Source: an uncultured Candidatus Rokubacteria bacterium (lineage in GTDB: Bacteria; Methylomirabilota; Methylomirabilia; Rokubacteriales; CSP1-6). Taken from it: DNA of 64,000 nt. Position numbers and translations under genes: made by a program. Shown piece after piece: positions 21,206 through 31,215 of the stretch; the stretch's first letter is position 1; each line of letters starts with the position of its first letter. Location of the stretch: contig CAWBMV010000014.1 of assembly GCA_963789955.1 (NCBI GenBank), positions 28,693-92,692 of the forward strand, read 5' to 3'. The notes beneath the pieces were generated by a model. It searched no databases and was not told the origin of the DNA. It saw only the letters and a list, made by a program, of their open reading frames with translations.

Positions 21206-21801
21206 TGACAGTCCCGCGTTGGTTCGTGTTCGGTGGGCTCGCGATCGCAGGCGCCACGGTGGCGTCGTTGGCTCTCGCCCAGAACCGTGCTCCGCAAACA
21301 GCCCCGAGCCCGGCACCCATCCGGGTCACGATGGAGCAACTCCATGCCCAGGGCGGCGTCCCGCGGAACTGGAAGTTCCTCTTGCCGCCCGGAAACGCCA
21401 CCGAGGGACGGAAGGTGTTCGTAGCCATGGAGTGCTTCGCTTGTCATGAGGTCAAGGGCGAGCAGTTTCCCGACACGTCCAAGACGCCTCGGGGAGTCGG
21501 TCCGGATCTCACCGGAATGGGGGCTCACCATCCGGCGGAGTACTTCGCCGAGTCCGTCGTGAATCCCAATCGCGTCATCGTGCTCGGCACCGGCTATACC
21601 GCCCAGGATGGCCTGTCGAAGATGCCGAGCTATGCCGACACGATGACGCTGGGCCAGCTCGTCGATATCGTGGCCTACCTGAAGTCGCTCACGGCCGGCG
21701 AGATGCCGCACCACCACATGAGCGAGTCACCGAAGACGAGCGGCACCACGACGAAATCGGGAGACATGAAGATGGGAGACATGAAGATGGGCGGGAAGTG
21801 A
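21205..21801 (+). CDS. Exported monoheme c-type cytochrome with His/Met-rich tail
   Basis: Signal peptide, CFACH, GPDLT, distal SKMP Met, tail MPHHHM...MKMGDMKMGGK. Confidence 0.85.
   Translation: MTVPRWFVFGGLAIAGATVASLALAQNRAPQTAPSPAPIRVTMEQLHAQGGVPRNWKFLLPPGNATEGRKVFVAMECFACHEVKGEQFPDTSKTPRGVGPDLTGMGAHHPAEYFAESVVNPNRVIVLGTGYTAQDGLSKMPSYADTMTLGQLVDIVAYLKSLTAGEMPHHHMSESPKTSGTTTKSGDMKMGDMKMGGK
21759..21791 (+). repeat. 15-bp tandem repeat GGGAGACATGAAGAT x2, encoding (GDMKM)2
   Basis: Seen directly at 21759-21773 and 21774-21788. Confidence 0.85.
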
Positions 21802-21817
21802 AGCCGAGGCGCCCTTC

Positions 21818-23584
21818 GTGAGCCGAACCTCACCGACCGTGTTGCGGCTGCACGATCTGCTCCTTCGGACACCGACCGGCCTGGTGATCCTCGCGCTAAC
21901 GGTGGGATCGGGCGCCGGCCTCGGCGCGGTCGCCTTCCGCTATTTGATCCTCTGGTTCACGTGGCTGTTTAGCGGCCACGCGGACTACAGCGCCGCGGGT
22001 CATGCCCCCCACCCCCTGGCACCCTGGCTCGGGCCCTGGTTCGTCGTGCTGGCTCCGATCGCGGGTGGCCTCCTCTACGGGCCGCTCATCGATCGCTTCG
22101 CTCGCGAGGCCCGCGGTCACGGAGTGCCGGAAGTCATGTTGGCCGTCGCCGAGCGCGGCGGGCGGATTCGACCACAGGTGGCCGTGATCAAGTCGCTCGC
22201 GTCCGCCATCTGCATCGGCTCTGGCGGCTCGGTCGGGCGCGAGGGCCCGATCGTCCAGATCGGTTCCGCTCTCGGGTCTGCGATAGGACAGGCGTTACGC
22301 GTCCCCGAATCACGCCTTCGTCTGCTGGTCGCCTGCGGGGCCGCCGGCGGAATCTCCGCGACCTTCAATGCGCCGATCGCCGGCGTCATCTTCGCGCTCG
22401 AGCTCATCCTCCGTGACTTCGAGGCTGAGTCCTTCGGCGTCGTGGTGCTGGCATCGGTCGTGGCCAACGTCATCGGCAGGGCTGTCTTCGGATCGGCGGC
22501 GTTTCTGCCGCTTCCGTCGTTCGCCGTGACCTCGCTGTGGGAATACGGCATGTACGCCGGCCTCGGCCTCTGCGCGGCGCTCGTCGGCGTGGCGTTCATC
22601 CGCGTGCTCTACGGCCTCGAGGACATCACTGACAGCCTCTGGCGCGGACCTGAATGGCTGCGGCCCGTCGTCGGAGGTGGAGTCCTTGGTCTGCTGCTCC
22701 TCGCCTTGCCCGAGATGTATGGCGTTGGCTACCCGGTGCTGGAGGGGGCGATCAGGGGCGAATACGTCTTTGGCTTTCTCGTCCTGTTGCTGGCCGCCAA
22801 GATCGTCGCGACCAGCCTGACCATCGCCATCGGCGGCTCGGGCGGTGTGTTCGCGCCGTCACTGTTCATGGGCGCGATGCTGGGCACCGCCTACGGGCAG
22901 CTGCTGCACTGGACGCTTCCCGGTAGCGTCGGGTTAGCCGGAGCCTATGGCCTCGTCGGTATGGGCGCCGTCTTCGCGGCAACCTCTCGAGCCCCCATTA
23001 CCGCCGTCATCATCATCTTCGAGCTGACCGGGGAGTATCAGATCATCCTTCCCCTGATGTTCGCCGTAGCTCTCGCCGCGTTCATCAGCAATTTGCTGAG
23101 CCGGGACACGATCTATACGCTCAAGCTGTGGCGCCGCGGCATCGACGTCACGCGCGGACGCGGTCCCAATCTGATGCAGCTGTTGACGGTGGGCGAGGCG
23201 ATGCAACCGGTGCCCGACGCAATCGCTCAGGACCGCCCCCTGACCGAAGTGATCGCGCGGTTCGCCGATGAGGACGTCGAGGCGCTGCCGGTCGTGGATC
23301 CCGAGGGCCGGTATCGTGGCACCGTCATGGCCCGTCAAGTCGAGCAGAGTCTCCGCGACAACGCCACCGACGGCAGCGCTGGCAATGCGGCCCAAGAGAC
23401 GCCGACGCTGGTGGCCAGCCAGACGCTCGAACAGGCTCTCGCTGAGCTCGTGCGCAGTAACGCGCCGGGACTTCCCGTGCTCGATACCGCGGGTCGGAGC
23501 CTCGTCGGCTGGCTCGACCACCGTGACGTGTTGAGGCTCTACAGCGAACGACGCGAGCGACTCTCGCGGCCAGGCCACACCTAG
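21818..23584 (+). CDS. ClC chloride channel/antiporter with CBS domains
   Basis: GHGVPE, GREGP, FNAPIAG, GGVFAP, TIYT and a C-terminal CBS pair. Confidence 0.92.
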   Translation: MSRTSPTVLRLHDLLLRTPTGLVILALTVGSGAGLGAVAFRYLILWFTWLFSGHADYSAAGHAPHPLAPWLGPWFVVLAPIAGGLLYGPLIDRFAREARGHGVPEVMLAVAERGGRIRPQVAVIKSLASAICIGSGGSVGREGPIVQIGSALGSAIGQALRVPESRLRLLVACGAAGGISATFNAPIAGVIFALELILRDFEAESFGVVVLASVVANVIGRAVFGSAAFLPLPSFAVTSLWEYGMYAGLGLCAALVGVAFIRVLYGLEDITDSLWRGPEWLRPVVGGGVLGLLLLALPEMYGVGYPVLEGAIRGEYVFGFLVLLLAAKIVATSLTIAIGGSGGVFAPSLFMGAMLGTAYGQLLHWTLPGSVGLAGAYGLVGMGAVFAATSRAPITAVIIIFELTGEYQIILPLMFAVALAAFISNLLSRDTIYTLKLWRRGIDVTRGRGPNLMQLLTVGEAMQPVPDAIAQDRPLTEVIARFADEDVEALPVVDPEGRYRGTVMARQVEQSLRDNATDGSAGNAAQETPTLVASQTLEQALAELVRSNAPGLPVLDTAGRSLVGWLDHRDVLRLYSERRERLSRPGHT

Positions 23585-24096
23585 GTCGCAGACGCCTCGA
23601 CTCCTGCCGCTTCTCGAAGCGCGATCGTCTGGTCGCCGATGCGAACCGTGGCGTCCCAGGTGATCGCGATCGCGTCCTTCACACTCTGGTGTGCCGGACA
23701 TCCCTCGGGATGGAGGCGGAGCGCCCGTTCGGTGGCTTCCCGCGCGTCGACGGGCACCGCCAGATCGTAGTGCACGTGAATCGACTTGATCCGGATCGTC
23801 TTACCGATCCCGGAAATACGCCCAGCGACCGTGGCTTTGAAGGCATCACGATCGAACGCCACTTTGCGCCCTGCCAGGGCGCCCCGAAGGGTGCCGTACA
23901 TTCAGCCGGCAACCGCGGCCACGATGTGATCGAGCGTCGAGGCGATCGGCGGCCCTTCCTTCGCGCCGTAGTACTGGCGAAGGGCGCCCTGGACTCCGTA
24001 CACCACCGGTTCGGCAATTTCGCCGAGATAGGCGTGACGATAGCCGTCGCGATACTCGAGGCGGGCTTGTGAGATGTATTCGAAATCTTCGGGCAT
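23581..24096 (-). CDS. OsmC-like selenoprotein (Sec at TGA 23902-23904)
   Basis: ORFs 23902..24099 and 23581..23901 are contiguous and in frame: HIVAAVAG-U-MYGTL...GCPAHQSV. AAAGGAG RBS precedes only the first part. Confidence 0.82.
23866..23882 (-). promoter_or_regulatory. Candidate SECIS hairpin of the OsmC-like gene
   Basis: GCGCCCU-GGC-AGGGCGC starting 19 nt after the UGA. Confidence 0.55.
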
Positions 24097-24150
24097 CACT
24101 TGTCTCCTTTCGACTCGTCCGGACGGATCTGTCGAGAGGATACAGCATCA

Positions 24151-24941
24151 TCAGAGCCCGGCAGCGCGCGCGAGCAGTAGCAACCCTGCCCCGACGACGA
24201 CGACCCCGATGGCTCGCGCGACACGCTCACCGGCCGGTGCGAGACGTTCGACGGTGATGGCCGCCCCCACGACAGCCATCGCGCGAAGGTCCATGACCCC
24301 GATGACCAGGAGGACCACCATCAGACCGGCACAGCAGTGGCTGCACTGGAGGCCGAGGCGCAGGCCGTGTCGCCAGGCCGTGGCGACGTCGGCCGCCAGC
24401 GTACGGTCGCGCCCGGGCGTCGTTCCGGCAGCAGGCAAGGGAACGCGCCTTCCACGCTGTGAGTTGCAGAGCGCCGACGACCAGCACGACCACACCGATC
24501 GCGATCGGTACGGCGCGCGCCAGCGCCGGGTGTTGCATCTCGATCGCAGTCAGTGCGACGCCGAGCGGGAAAACGGCAATTCCGAACACCGTCCAGACAA
24601 AGAAGTACCCCGACGCCCACGACCGCGGTCAGCCGACCGAGGGGCGTCTCGCCAGTGCTGCCAACGGCCCGGCGGTAGCGCCACAGCATCGGGACCAGGG
24701 ACGGCAGCATCATCGCCACCATCATCACGACCCACATGCCGAGGAACGACGCCGCCGCGCCGGGCGACGTCTGTCCGGGCATCCGCATCCACGCCATCGA
24801 CATCGCCCAGCCGCCGGGCATCGGCATCTCGCCCATCGCCGACATCGACGCGCACCAGACGGTCGTCAGCGCCGCGCTGGCGGCGAAGAGCAGCGCTGAG
24901 ACCGCAAAGAAGGCGTGGTGGGACGCTCGCTCGGAAGCCAT
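24151..24941 (-). CDS. DUF2182 predicted metal-binding integral membrane protein (frameshifts near 24610 and 24430)
   Basis: MPMPGGWAMSMAWM, MWVVMMVAMMLPS, QLTAWKARSLACC, GVMDLRAM. Confidence 0.82.
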
Positions 24942-24951
24942 GCGATGTCGC

Positions 24952-25715
24952 TCAGCCCTTGTTGTACTCGTCGTGGCGGCGCCACCAGAGGCCCGTCTCG
25001 TTGCGCCCCTTGGGTGCGCGGTCGAGCCACTGGTACATGCCCCAGAGGCCATCCAGTCCGCGCGCATAGGTGGAATAGGTGTGGTAGACGACGCCATCCT
25101 CGAGCGCGAACGCGCTCATGCCCGGCCTCTCGCGCGTGTACGTCGCCGCGTCGGTTCCGGCCGAGGCCGCGAACTCGGCGACCGGCCCCTCGTCGCCGGC
25201 TTTCACCTGCCACGCCGCCTCGCGCTGGTAGTTGTACTCGATCCCCCCGCGCGCTGTTGCTCCTCGGTGAACCGGACGTTGAAGTCGACGTTGAAGTCGC
25301 CGCCGAACGAGGACGCCCAGGGGAACGTCCACCCCATCCGCCGCTTGTATGCCTGCAGCTTCGCGAGCGGCGCCCGCGACACCGCCCAAAGCATGACGTC
25401 GTGGTTGGCCAGGTGCGCGGCGAACCCGTTGAAGCCGTCCGCGATTGCCGAGCAGGACGGGCACCCCGCCGTGTAATCGGGCCCGAACATGAAATGGTAG
25501 ACGAGGAGCTGCGAGCGCCCTCGAAAGAGGTCCTTCAGCGAGGCGCTCCCCTCGTCGGTCTCGAATCGATACTCCTTGTCGATCCGAACCCACGGCAGCT
25601 CCTGTCGCCGCCGCGCCAGCTCGTCACTGCGCCGCGTCAGCTCCTTCTCAGCCTTGAGCAGCTCGAGCCGCGCTGCGAGCCACTCGTTACGTGTCCCGGT
25701 CATGTGCTTCGTCAT
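24952..25715 (-). CDS. DUF899 thioredoxin-like protein (frameshift near 25250)
   Basis: EWLAARLELLKAEKELTR, GRSQLLVYHFMFGP, GCPSCS, HTYSTYARG, LDRAPKGRNE. Confidence 0.88.
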
Positions 25716-25848
25716 CGCTTTTCTCTCCTCTGTTGGGTGTTCTGCCTTGCCACCACGCTTCTCGATGCGGCTTGGCAGTGGTTGCTCATGCGATACATTT
25801 AGCGCCGGGTATCCGAACGGTGGGAGTGACAAGTGTGACGGGATTCCG

Positions 25849-27070
25849 ATGGACTCGCTGATCACCGCCGCGGCGCGCGCACTCGCGGCGGGCGATCCCC
25901 TCGGCGCACTTGAAGCGGATCGCCCTGCGCGACGACGCGCCGGCTCTCGCCCTTCGCGGCATCGCGATGGCGCAGCTCGGCGATCTCGTTCGAGCGAAGG
26001 CCCTCCTGCGACGTGCTGCGCGTGCCTTCGGTCCGAAAGAGGCCGTGGCCCGCGCGCGGTGCGTCGTCGCCGAAGCCGAGGTCGCGCTCGTCTCGCGCGA
26101 CCTGGGTTGGCCCGCGAAGGCGCTCGACGCGGCGCGGGCGACGCTCGAAGAGCACGGCGACCTGGTCAACGCCGCGTACGCGCGGTATCTCGAGGTCCGG
26201 CGCCTCCTCCTGATCGGGCGCATCGACGAGGCCGAGCGTACGCTCGCCGAGCTCGACCCCGCGCCCTTCCCTCCCGCATTGAAGGCCGCCCACGAGCTGG
26301 TCGTCGCGGGGATCGCGATGCGGCGTCTCCAGACGAAGGCGGCGCGCGCTGCGCTCGCCCGGGCCGAACGCGCGGCGCGCTCCGCGAGGATCCCGGCCCT
26401 GACGGCGGAGGTCGAAAGCGCACTCGTTGTCCTGAACACGCCCGCCGCGCGCCTGATGACGAAAGGCGAGGAGCGACTTCTCCGGCTCGAGGAGGTCGAA
26501 GCGTTGCTGGCGTCGAACGGATTCGTCGTCGACGCCTGCCGTCATGTCGTGCGTCACGCACGCAAGGTGGTCTCGCTCGCCAGGCGTCCGGTGCTGTTCG
26601 CGCTCGCACGCGCGCTGGGCGAAGCATGGCCCGGAGACGTACCGAGGGACACGCTCGTCGCGCGCGCCTTCGGATCGAAGCGCGCCGACGAATCGCATCG
26701 CGCGCGCCTGCGAGTCGAAGTCGGGCGGCTTCGCAAGATGCTTCGGACGCTGGCCGGCGTGAGCGCGACGAAGCGAGGTTTTGCGTTGGCGCCGCGCCGC
26801 GCACGCGAGGTCGTCGTGCTGGCGGGGCCCGTCGATGAGGAGCATGCCGCGGTGCTCGCCTTCCTTACCGACGGTGAATCGTGGTCGAGCTCGGCCCTTG
26901 CGCTGGCGCTGGGAACGAGCCAGCGCACCGTGCAGCGGGCGCTCGACTCGCTGGCGGCAGCCGGCAAGGTGCAGTCGTTCGGCCGGGGGCGAGCTCGTCG
27001 TTGGATGACCCCGCCCGTGCCGGGATTCACGACGACCTTGTTACTCCCCGCTCCGCTGCCGACTGGCTAA
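25849..27070 (+). CDS. Helix-turn-helix domain regulator (frameshift near 25910)
   Basis: MDSLITAAARALAAGDPLGAL..RIALRDD; C-terminal wHTH WSSSALALALGTSQRTVQRAL. Confidence 0.82.
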
Positions 27071-27079
27071 GGTGGACGC

Positions 27080-27748
27080 ATGAACCAATCAACGGCCGAG
27101 ATCGTTCGTGAGTATGGCCCTTTCCCGGGTGCCGACAGCGTGCATGGGGTCACGTATGACGGTCAGCACGTCTGGTTTGCTTCCGGGGACAAGCTGAACG
27201 CCGTCGATCCCGCGAGCGGGAAGATGCTGCGCTCGATCGATGTCGCCGCGCATGCCGGCACGGCCTTCGACGGCCAGCACCTGTATCAGCTCGCCGAGGA
27301 TCGCATCCAGAAGATCGATCCGAAGACCGGCCGTGTGCTCGCCACGATCCCGGCGCCCGGCGGCGGCGGTGACTCGGGGCTCACGTGGGCCGAAGGGACG
27401 CTCTGGGTCGGACACTATCGGGACCGAAAGATCCATCAAGTCGATCCCCAAACAGGGGCGATTCTTCGCACGATCGAGTCCAAGCGCTTCGTCACCGGAG
27501 TCACCTGGATCGACGGAGAGCTCTGGCACGGCACCTGGGAAGGTGACGAGAGCGATTTGAGGCGGGTCGATCCTCGCACGGGAGAAGTTCTGGAGACGAT
27601 CGAGATGCCGCGTGGAGTGAACGTTTCGGGGCTCGAGTCCGATGGCGGCGATCACTTCTTCTGCGGAGGAGGCGGGAGCGGGAAAGTGAGGACCGTCCGC
27701 CGGCCCAGGCGAACCTCCGCGCGAGCGATTGACCGTCCTTTGCCTTGA
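27080..27748 (+). CDS. Glutamine cyclotransferase-like beta-propeller protein
   Basis: Repeated propeller blades: VHGVTYDG, AGTAFDG, SGLTWAEG, VTGVTWIDG, VSGLESDG. Confidence 0.8.
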   Translation: MNQSTAEIVREYGPFPGADSVHGVTYDGQHVWFASGDKLNAVDPASGKMLRSIDVAAHAGTAFDGQHLYQLAEDRIQKIDPKTGRVLATIPAPGGGGDSGLTWAEGTLWVGHYRDRKIHQVDPQTGAILRTIESKRFVTGVTWIDGELWHGTWEGDESDLRRVDPRTGEVLETIEMPRGVNVSGLESDGGDHFFCGGGGSGKVRTVRRPRRTSARAIDRPLP

Positions 27749-27774
27749 CACTCGCCGCCACTCCCGCCTAGTCT
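27745..27774 (+). promoter_or_regulatory. sigma-70-like promoter for the peptide ABC operon
   Basis: TTGACA-18 bp-TAGTCT upstream of GGAGG and GTG 27792. Confidence 0.5.
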
Positions 27775-27791
27775 CCTGCTCGCGGAGGATC

Positions 27792-28619
27792 GTGACGAAG
27801 AGTCTGCGGCGGGCGGCGCGCAGCACCGTGGTGGTGGTCGGCGCGGTCTTCGCGTTGGTGATCGTCGGTATGGCGTTGTTCGCCGGCGGGCTGGCGCCGC
27901 ATCCCCCTGATGAGCAGAACTTCGACCTGATCGAGGCGAAGCCAGGAGCGCAGGCGTTTTTCGGCACCGACCGCTTCGGCCGCGACGTGCTGAGCCGGGT
28001 GATCTACGGCGCACGCGTCTCCCTCTACGTCGCGGTGACGTCGATCGGGCTGGCGATGCTGGTCGGCGGGGCGCTGGGGCTGACGGCGGGCTACGCCGGG
28101 GGCGTGTGGGACAACGCGATCAACCGCGTCATGGACGTCTTCTTCAGTATCCCGGGGTTGTTGCTTGCGGTCGGAGTGGCGGCGCTGCGAGGACCAGGAG
28201 TGAACAGCGCCGTCGTGGCCATCACGATCGTGTACACGCCACTCTTCGTCCGCGTCATGCGGGGGCCGGTGCTGGTCGAGCGCGAGAGGGAGTACATCGA
28301 GGCGGTGCGGGCGCTGGGCGCCGGCCGCCTGGTCGTGGCGCTCAAGCACCTCCTTCCGAACGTGCTGTCGCCGTTCGTGGTTCAAGGCACAGTCGCCTTC
28401 TCGCAGGCCATTCTCATCGAGGCCTCGCTGAGCTACCTCGGGCTGTCGGCGCAGCCCCCCACACCGTCGTGGGGGAACATGCTGAACGAGGGGCGGACGT
28501 ATCTGGAGACCGCGCCGTGGATCTCGGTGTTCCCGGGCGTGGCGATCATGACCGCCGTGCTGGCGTTCAACCTGATCGGCGACGGACTTCGCGACATTCT
28601 CGACCCGAACGCATCATGA
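27792..28619 (+). CDS. Peptide/nickel ABC permease (DppC-like)
   Basis: GTDRFGRDVLSRVIYGAR, EYIEAVRALGA, EASLSYLGL. Confidence 0.92.
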   Translation: MTKSLRRAARSTVVVVGAVFALVIVGMALFAGGLAPHPPDEQNFDLIEAKPGAQAFFGTDRFGRDVLSRVIYGARVSLYVAVTSIGLAMLVGGALGLTAGYAGGVWDNAINRVMDVFFSIPGLLLAVGVAALRGPGVNSAVVAITIVYTPLFVRVMRGPVLVEREREYIEAVRALGAGRLVVALKHLLPNVLSPFVVQGTVAFSQAILIEASLSYLGLSAQPPTPSWGNMLNEGRTYLETAPWISVFPGVAIMTAVLAFNLIGDGLRDILDPNAS

Positions 28620-28692
28620 GGCAGTGCGCGCTGCAGGCCGTCGCGGGGCTGGGGCCCCGCTGGCCGAGGCGCGCTGAAAAGAGGAGACGAGC

Positions 28693-30228
28693 ATGAGCCA
28701 GTTGACTCGCCGCCAACTGTTGAAATCCGCCGGCCTGACCGCCGGCGCCTTCGCGCTCCCCCGTCGGACCGGCGCCCAGACAAAGCCCGGCACTCTGATC
28801 TCGGCCCAGACGACGGAGGCGACCGGCCTCGATCCCCAGCTCGTGCCGGCGCTGTCGCGCAGCCGCCGCTCTCCCCTGACCTACAACCAGCTCGTGCGTT
28901 TCGAGCCCGACATGACGCCGGTGCCGGAGCTGGCCGAATCGTGGCAGGTGAGCCCGGACGGGCTCACCTGGACGTTCAAGCTGCGCCAGGGCGTGAAGTT
29001 CCACGACGGCCAGGAGTTCACCTCGGCCGACGTGAAATTCTCGTTCGATCGCCTGCTGGAGAAGTCGGCCGCCGGCAAGTCGGACTTCAACGCGGTGGAC
29101 AAGATCGAGCCCGCCGGCAAGTACGCGGTGAAGTTCGTCACCAAGGAGCCGTTCGCCGCGCTGGTGGCGGCCCTGGGCGGCTTCTGGGGCTTCATCGTCA
29201 GCGAGGCGGGCGTCAAGAAGTACGGCGACCTCAACAAGTCGGCGCTCGGCACCGGCCCGTTCATCCTGGAGGACTGGAAGGTCGAGCAGCAGATGGTTTT
29301 CAAGCGCAATCCCAACTACTGGAAGAAGGGGCTGCCGCACGCCGACGAGCTGATCGTACGCGTCATCCCCGACGAGGCCAATATCGTCGCGGCGCTGCGC
29401 ACGGGGCAAGTGCATCACGCGTTCATCGAGGACAACAAGAACTACAACCTTCTGAAGGACGAAAAGTCGCTGACCGGCTATCGCTCTTCGCGGCTGGGCT
29501 ACGACTACCTCAACATGAGCGCCAACCGTGGTCCGCTCGGGGACGTCCGCGTGCGCCAGGCCATCTCGTGGGCGGTCGATCGCTCCCAGGTCATGCGCGT
29601 CGCGACCGCCGGCTTCGGGCGCCTGACCGCGCCGTGCACGGCGCCCATGAAGCAGTGGCAGCTGCCCGAAGAACAGTGGATGAAGTACTACAAGCCCGAC
29701 CTCGACCGCGCCAAGAAGCTGATGGCCGAGGCCGGCGTGCCCAACGGCTTCAGCGTGAAGTGCTCGGTGATCCCCACGTTTCCGACCATGGTGTCCGGGG
29801 CGCCGGTCATCGCCGCCCAACTCAAGCGCATCGGCATCAATATGGAGATCGAGAACGTCGAGTACGCCGTGTGGATCAAGCGCTGGCTGGCCCACGACTT
29901 CGATATGACCATGAACAGTACGCCCGGCTACGCCGATCCCGACGTGGCGTTCTTTCGCCCGCTGCACTCGACCAAGGGGCAGAACTGGAACTCGTGGAGC
30001 GTGCCGGCGGTCGACGCAATGCTGGAAGAGGGCCGGCGCACCATGGACGTCAAGAAGCGCAAGGAGATCTACGACCGGCTGCAGATCTCGATCCTCGAGA
30101 ACGTGCCACACCTCTGGCTGTACTCGGCCGATCTGATCGACTTCACGCAGGCCACCGTCAAGGGGTTCCGCCAGCACCCGACGGCGCTGCTGTACGGCCT
30201 GGAGGGCGCGTCGGTCGACAAGGCGTAG
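28693..30228 (+). CDS. Family 5 ABC substrate-binding protein, Tat signal
   Basis: TRRQLLK, PELAESW, LRQGVKFHDG, GTGPF. Confidence 0.93.
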   Translation: MSQLTRRQLLKSAGLTAGAFALPRRTGAQTKPGTLISAQTTEATGLDPQLVPALSRSRRSPLTYNQLVRFEPDMTPVPELAESWQVSPDGLTWTFKLRQGVKFHDGQEFTSADVKFSFDRLLEKSAAGKSDFNAVDKIEPAGKYAVKFVTKEPFAALVAALGGFWGFIVSEAGVKKYGDLNKSALGTGPFILEDWKVEQQMVFKRNPNYWKKGLPHADELIVRVIPDEANIVAALRTGQVHHAFIEDNKNYNLLKDEKSLTGYRSSRLGYDYLNMSANRGPLGDVRVRQAISWAVDRSQVMRVATAGFGRLTAPCTAPMKQWQLPEEQWMKYYKPDLDRAKKLMAEAGVPNGFSVKCSVIPTFPTMVSGAPVIAAQLKRIGINMEIENVEYAVWIKRWLAHDFDMTMNSTPGYADPDVAFFRPLHSTKGQNWNSWSVPAVDAMLEEGRRTMDVKKRKEIYDRLQISILENVPHLWLYSADLIDFTQATVKGFRQHPTALLYGLEGASVDKA

Positions 30229-30236
30229 CCGGCGCG

Positions 30237-31190
30237 GTGGGACGCTACGTCATCATCCGGCTGTACTCGATGGCCGTCACCCTGGTGGGCCTCTCGGTGC
30301 TCGTGTTCCTCATGCTGCGCCTGGTCCCCGGCACCGTCGTCGAGCAGATGATCGGCGCCGACGCCATCGCGAGTCCGGCGATGGTGGCGGAGCTGAAGCG
30401 GTTCTTCGGCTTGGACCAGCCGTGGTGGCAGCAATACGGACGCTGGGTTGCGGCGCTCACCCACGGCGATCTCGGTACATCCTGGCGGACAGGCAAGCCC
30501 GTGGTCGCGCTGATTCTCGAGCGGCTGCCGGTGACGATCGAGCTGACCGCGCTGGCCGTCGGCTTCGCGATGCTGCTGGGTGTCCCGGCCGGGATCCTCT
30601 CCGCGACCCGTCGCGACCGGGCGATCGACAACGTCACGCGCGTGGGCACGCTACTCGGGCTGTCCGTCCCCGTGTTCTGGCAGGGCACGATGCTGATCCT
30701 GTTCTTCTCGATCTACCTGCGCTGGATGCCGCCGGTCATGTGGGTCGACTTCTTCGCCGACCCGGGGCGCAACCTCACGATCATGGCGCTGCCCGCGCTG
30801 TGCCTGGGCACCGCCAGCGCTGCCAACATCGCGCGGACGACTCGGGCCTGCATGCTCGACGTGCTGCGCTCGGAATACATCCGCACGGCGGCGGCCAAAG
30901 GTCTCGCGGACCGCCTCGTCGTCCTCAAGCACGCCCTCAAGAACGCGCTGATTCCGATCGTGACGGTGGCCGGGCTGCAGATCGGGATCCTGCTCGGCGG
31001 TACCGTCGTCGTGGAGGAGGTCTTCACCCTGCCCGGCATCGGGCGTCTGGTGCTGTGGTCGATCTACCAGCGCGACTACCCGTTGACCCAGTCGACGATC
31101 CTGTTCGTCGCGGTGATGTTCATGGCCATCAACCTCGCCGTGGACGTGCTGTACGGATACCTCGATCCGCGCATCCGCTACAGCGCCTAG
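30237..31190 (+). CDS. Peptide/nickel ABC permease (DppB-like)
   Basis: GDLGTSW, YIRTAAAKGL, HALKNAL, DPRIRY. Confidence 0.92.
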   Translation: MGRYVIIRLYSMAVTLVGLSVLVFLMLRLVPGTVVEQMIGADAIASPAMVAELKRFFGLDQPWWQQYGRWVAALTHGDLGTSWRTGKPVVALILERLPVTIELTALAVGFAMLLGVPAGILSATRRDRAIDNVTRVGTLLGLSVPVFWQGTMLILFFSIYLRWMPPVMWVDFFADPGRNLTIMALPALCLGTASAANIARTTRACMLDVLRSEYIRTAAAKGLADRLVVLKHALKNALIPIVTVAGLQIGILLGGTVVVEEVFTLPGIGRLVLWSIYQRDYPLTQSTILFVAVMFMAINLAVDVLYGYLDPRIRYSA

Positions 31191-31215
31191 CGGACAACGC
31201 CTCAAAGGAGACGCT

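Noticed and set aside
21818..23584. Fluoride exporter CLC-F with riboswitch
   Set aside because: It lacks CLC-F signature motifs (GNNLI/GMGLI, GREGT), and I recognised no fluoride riboswitch upstream.
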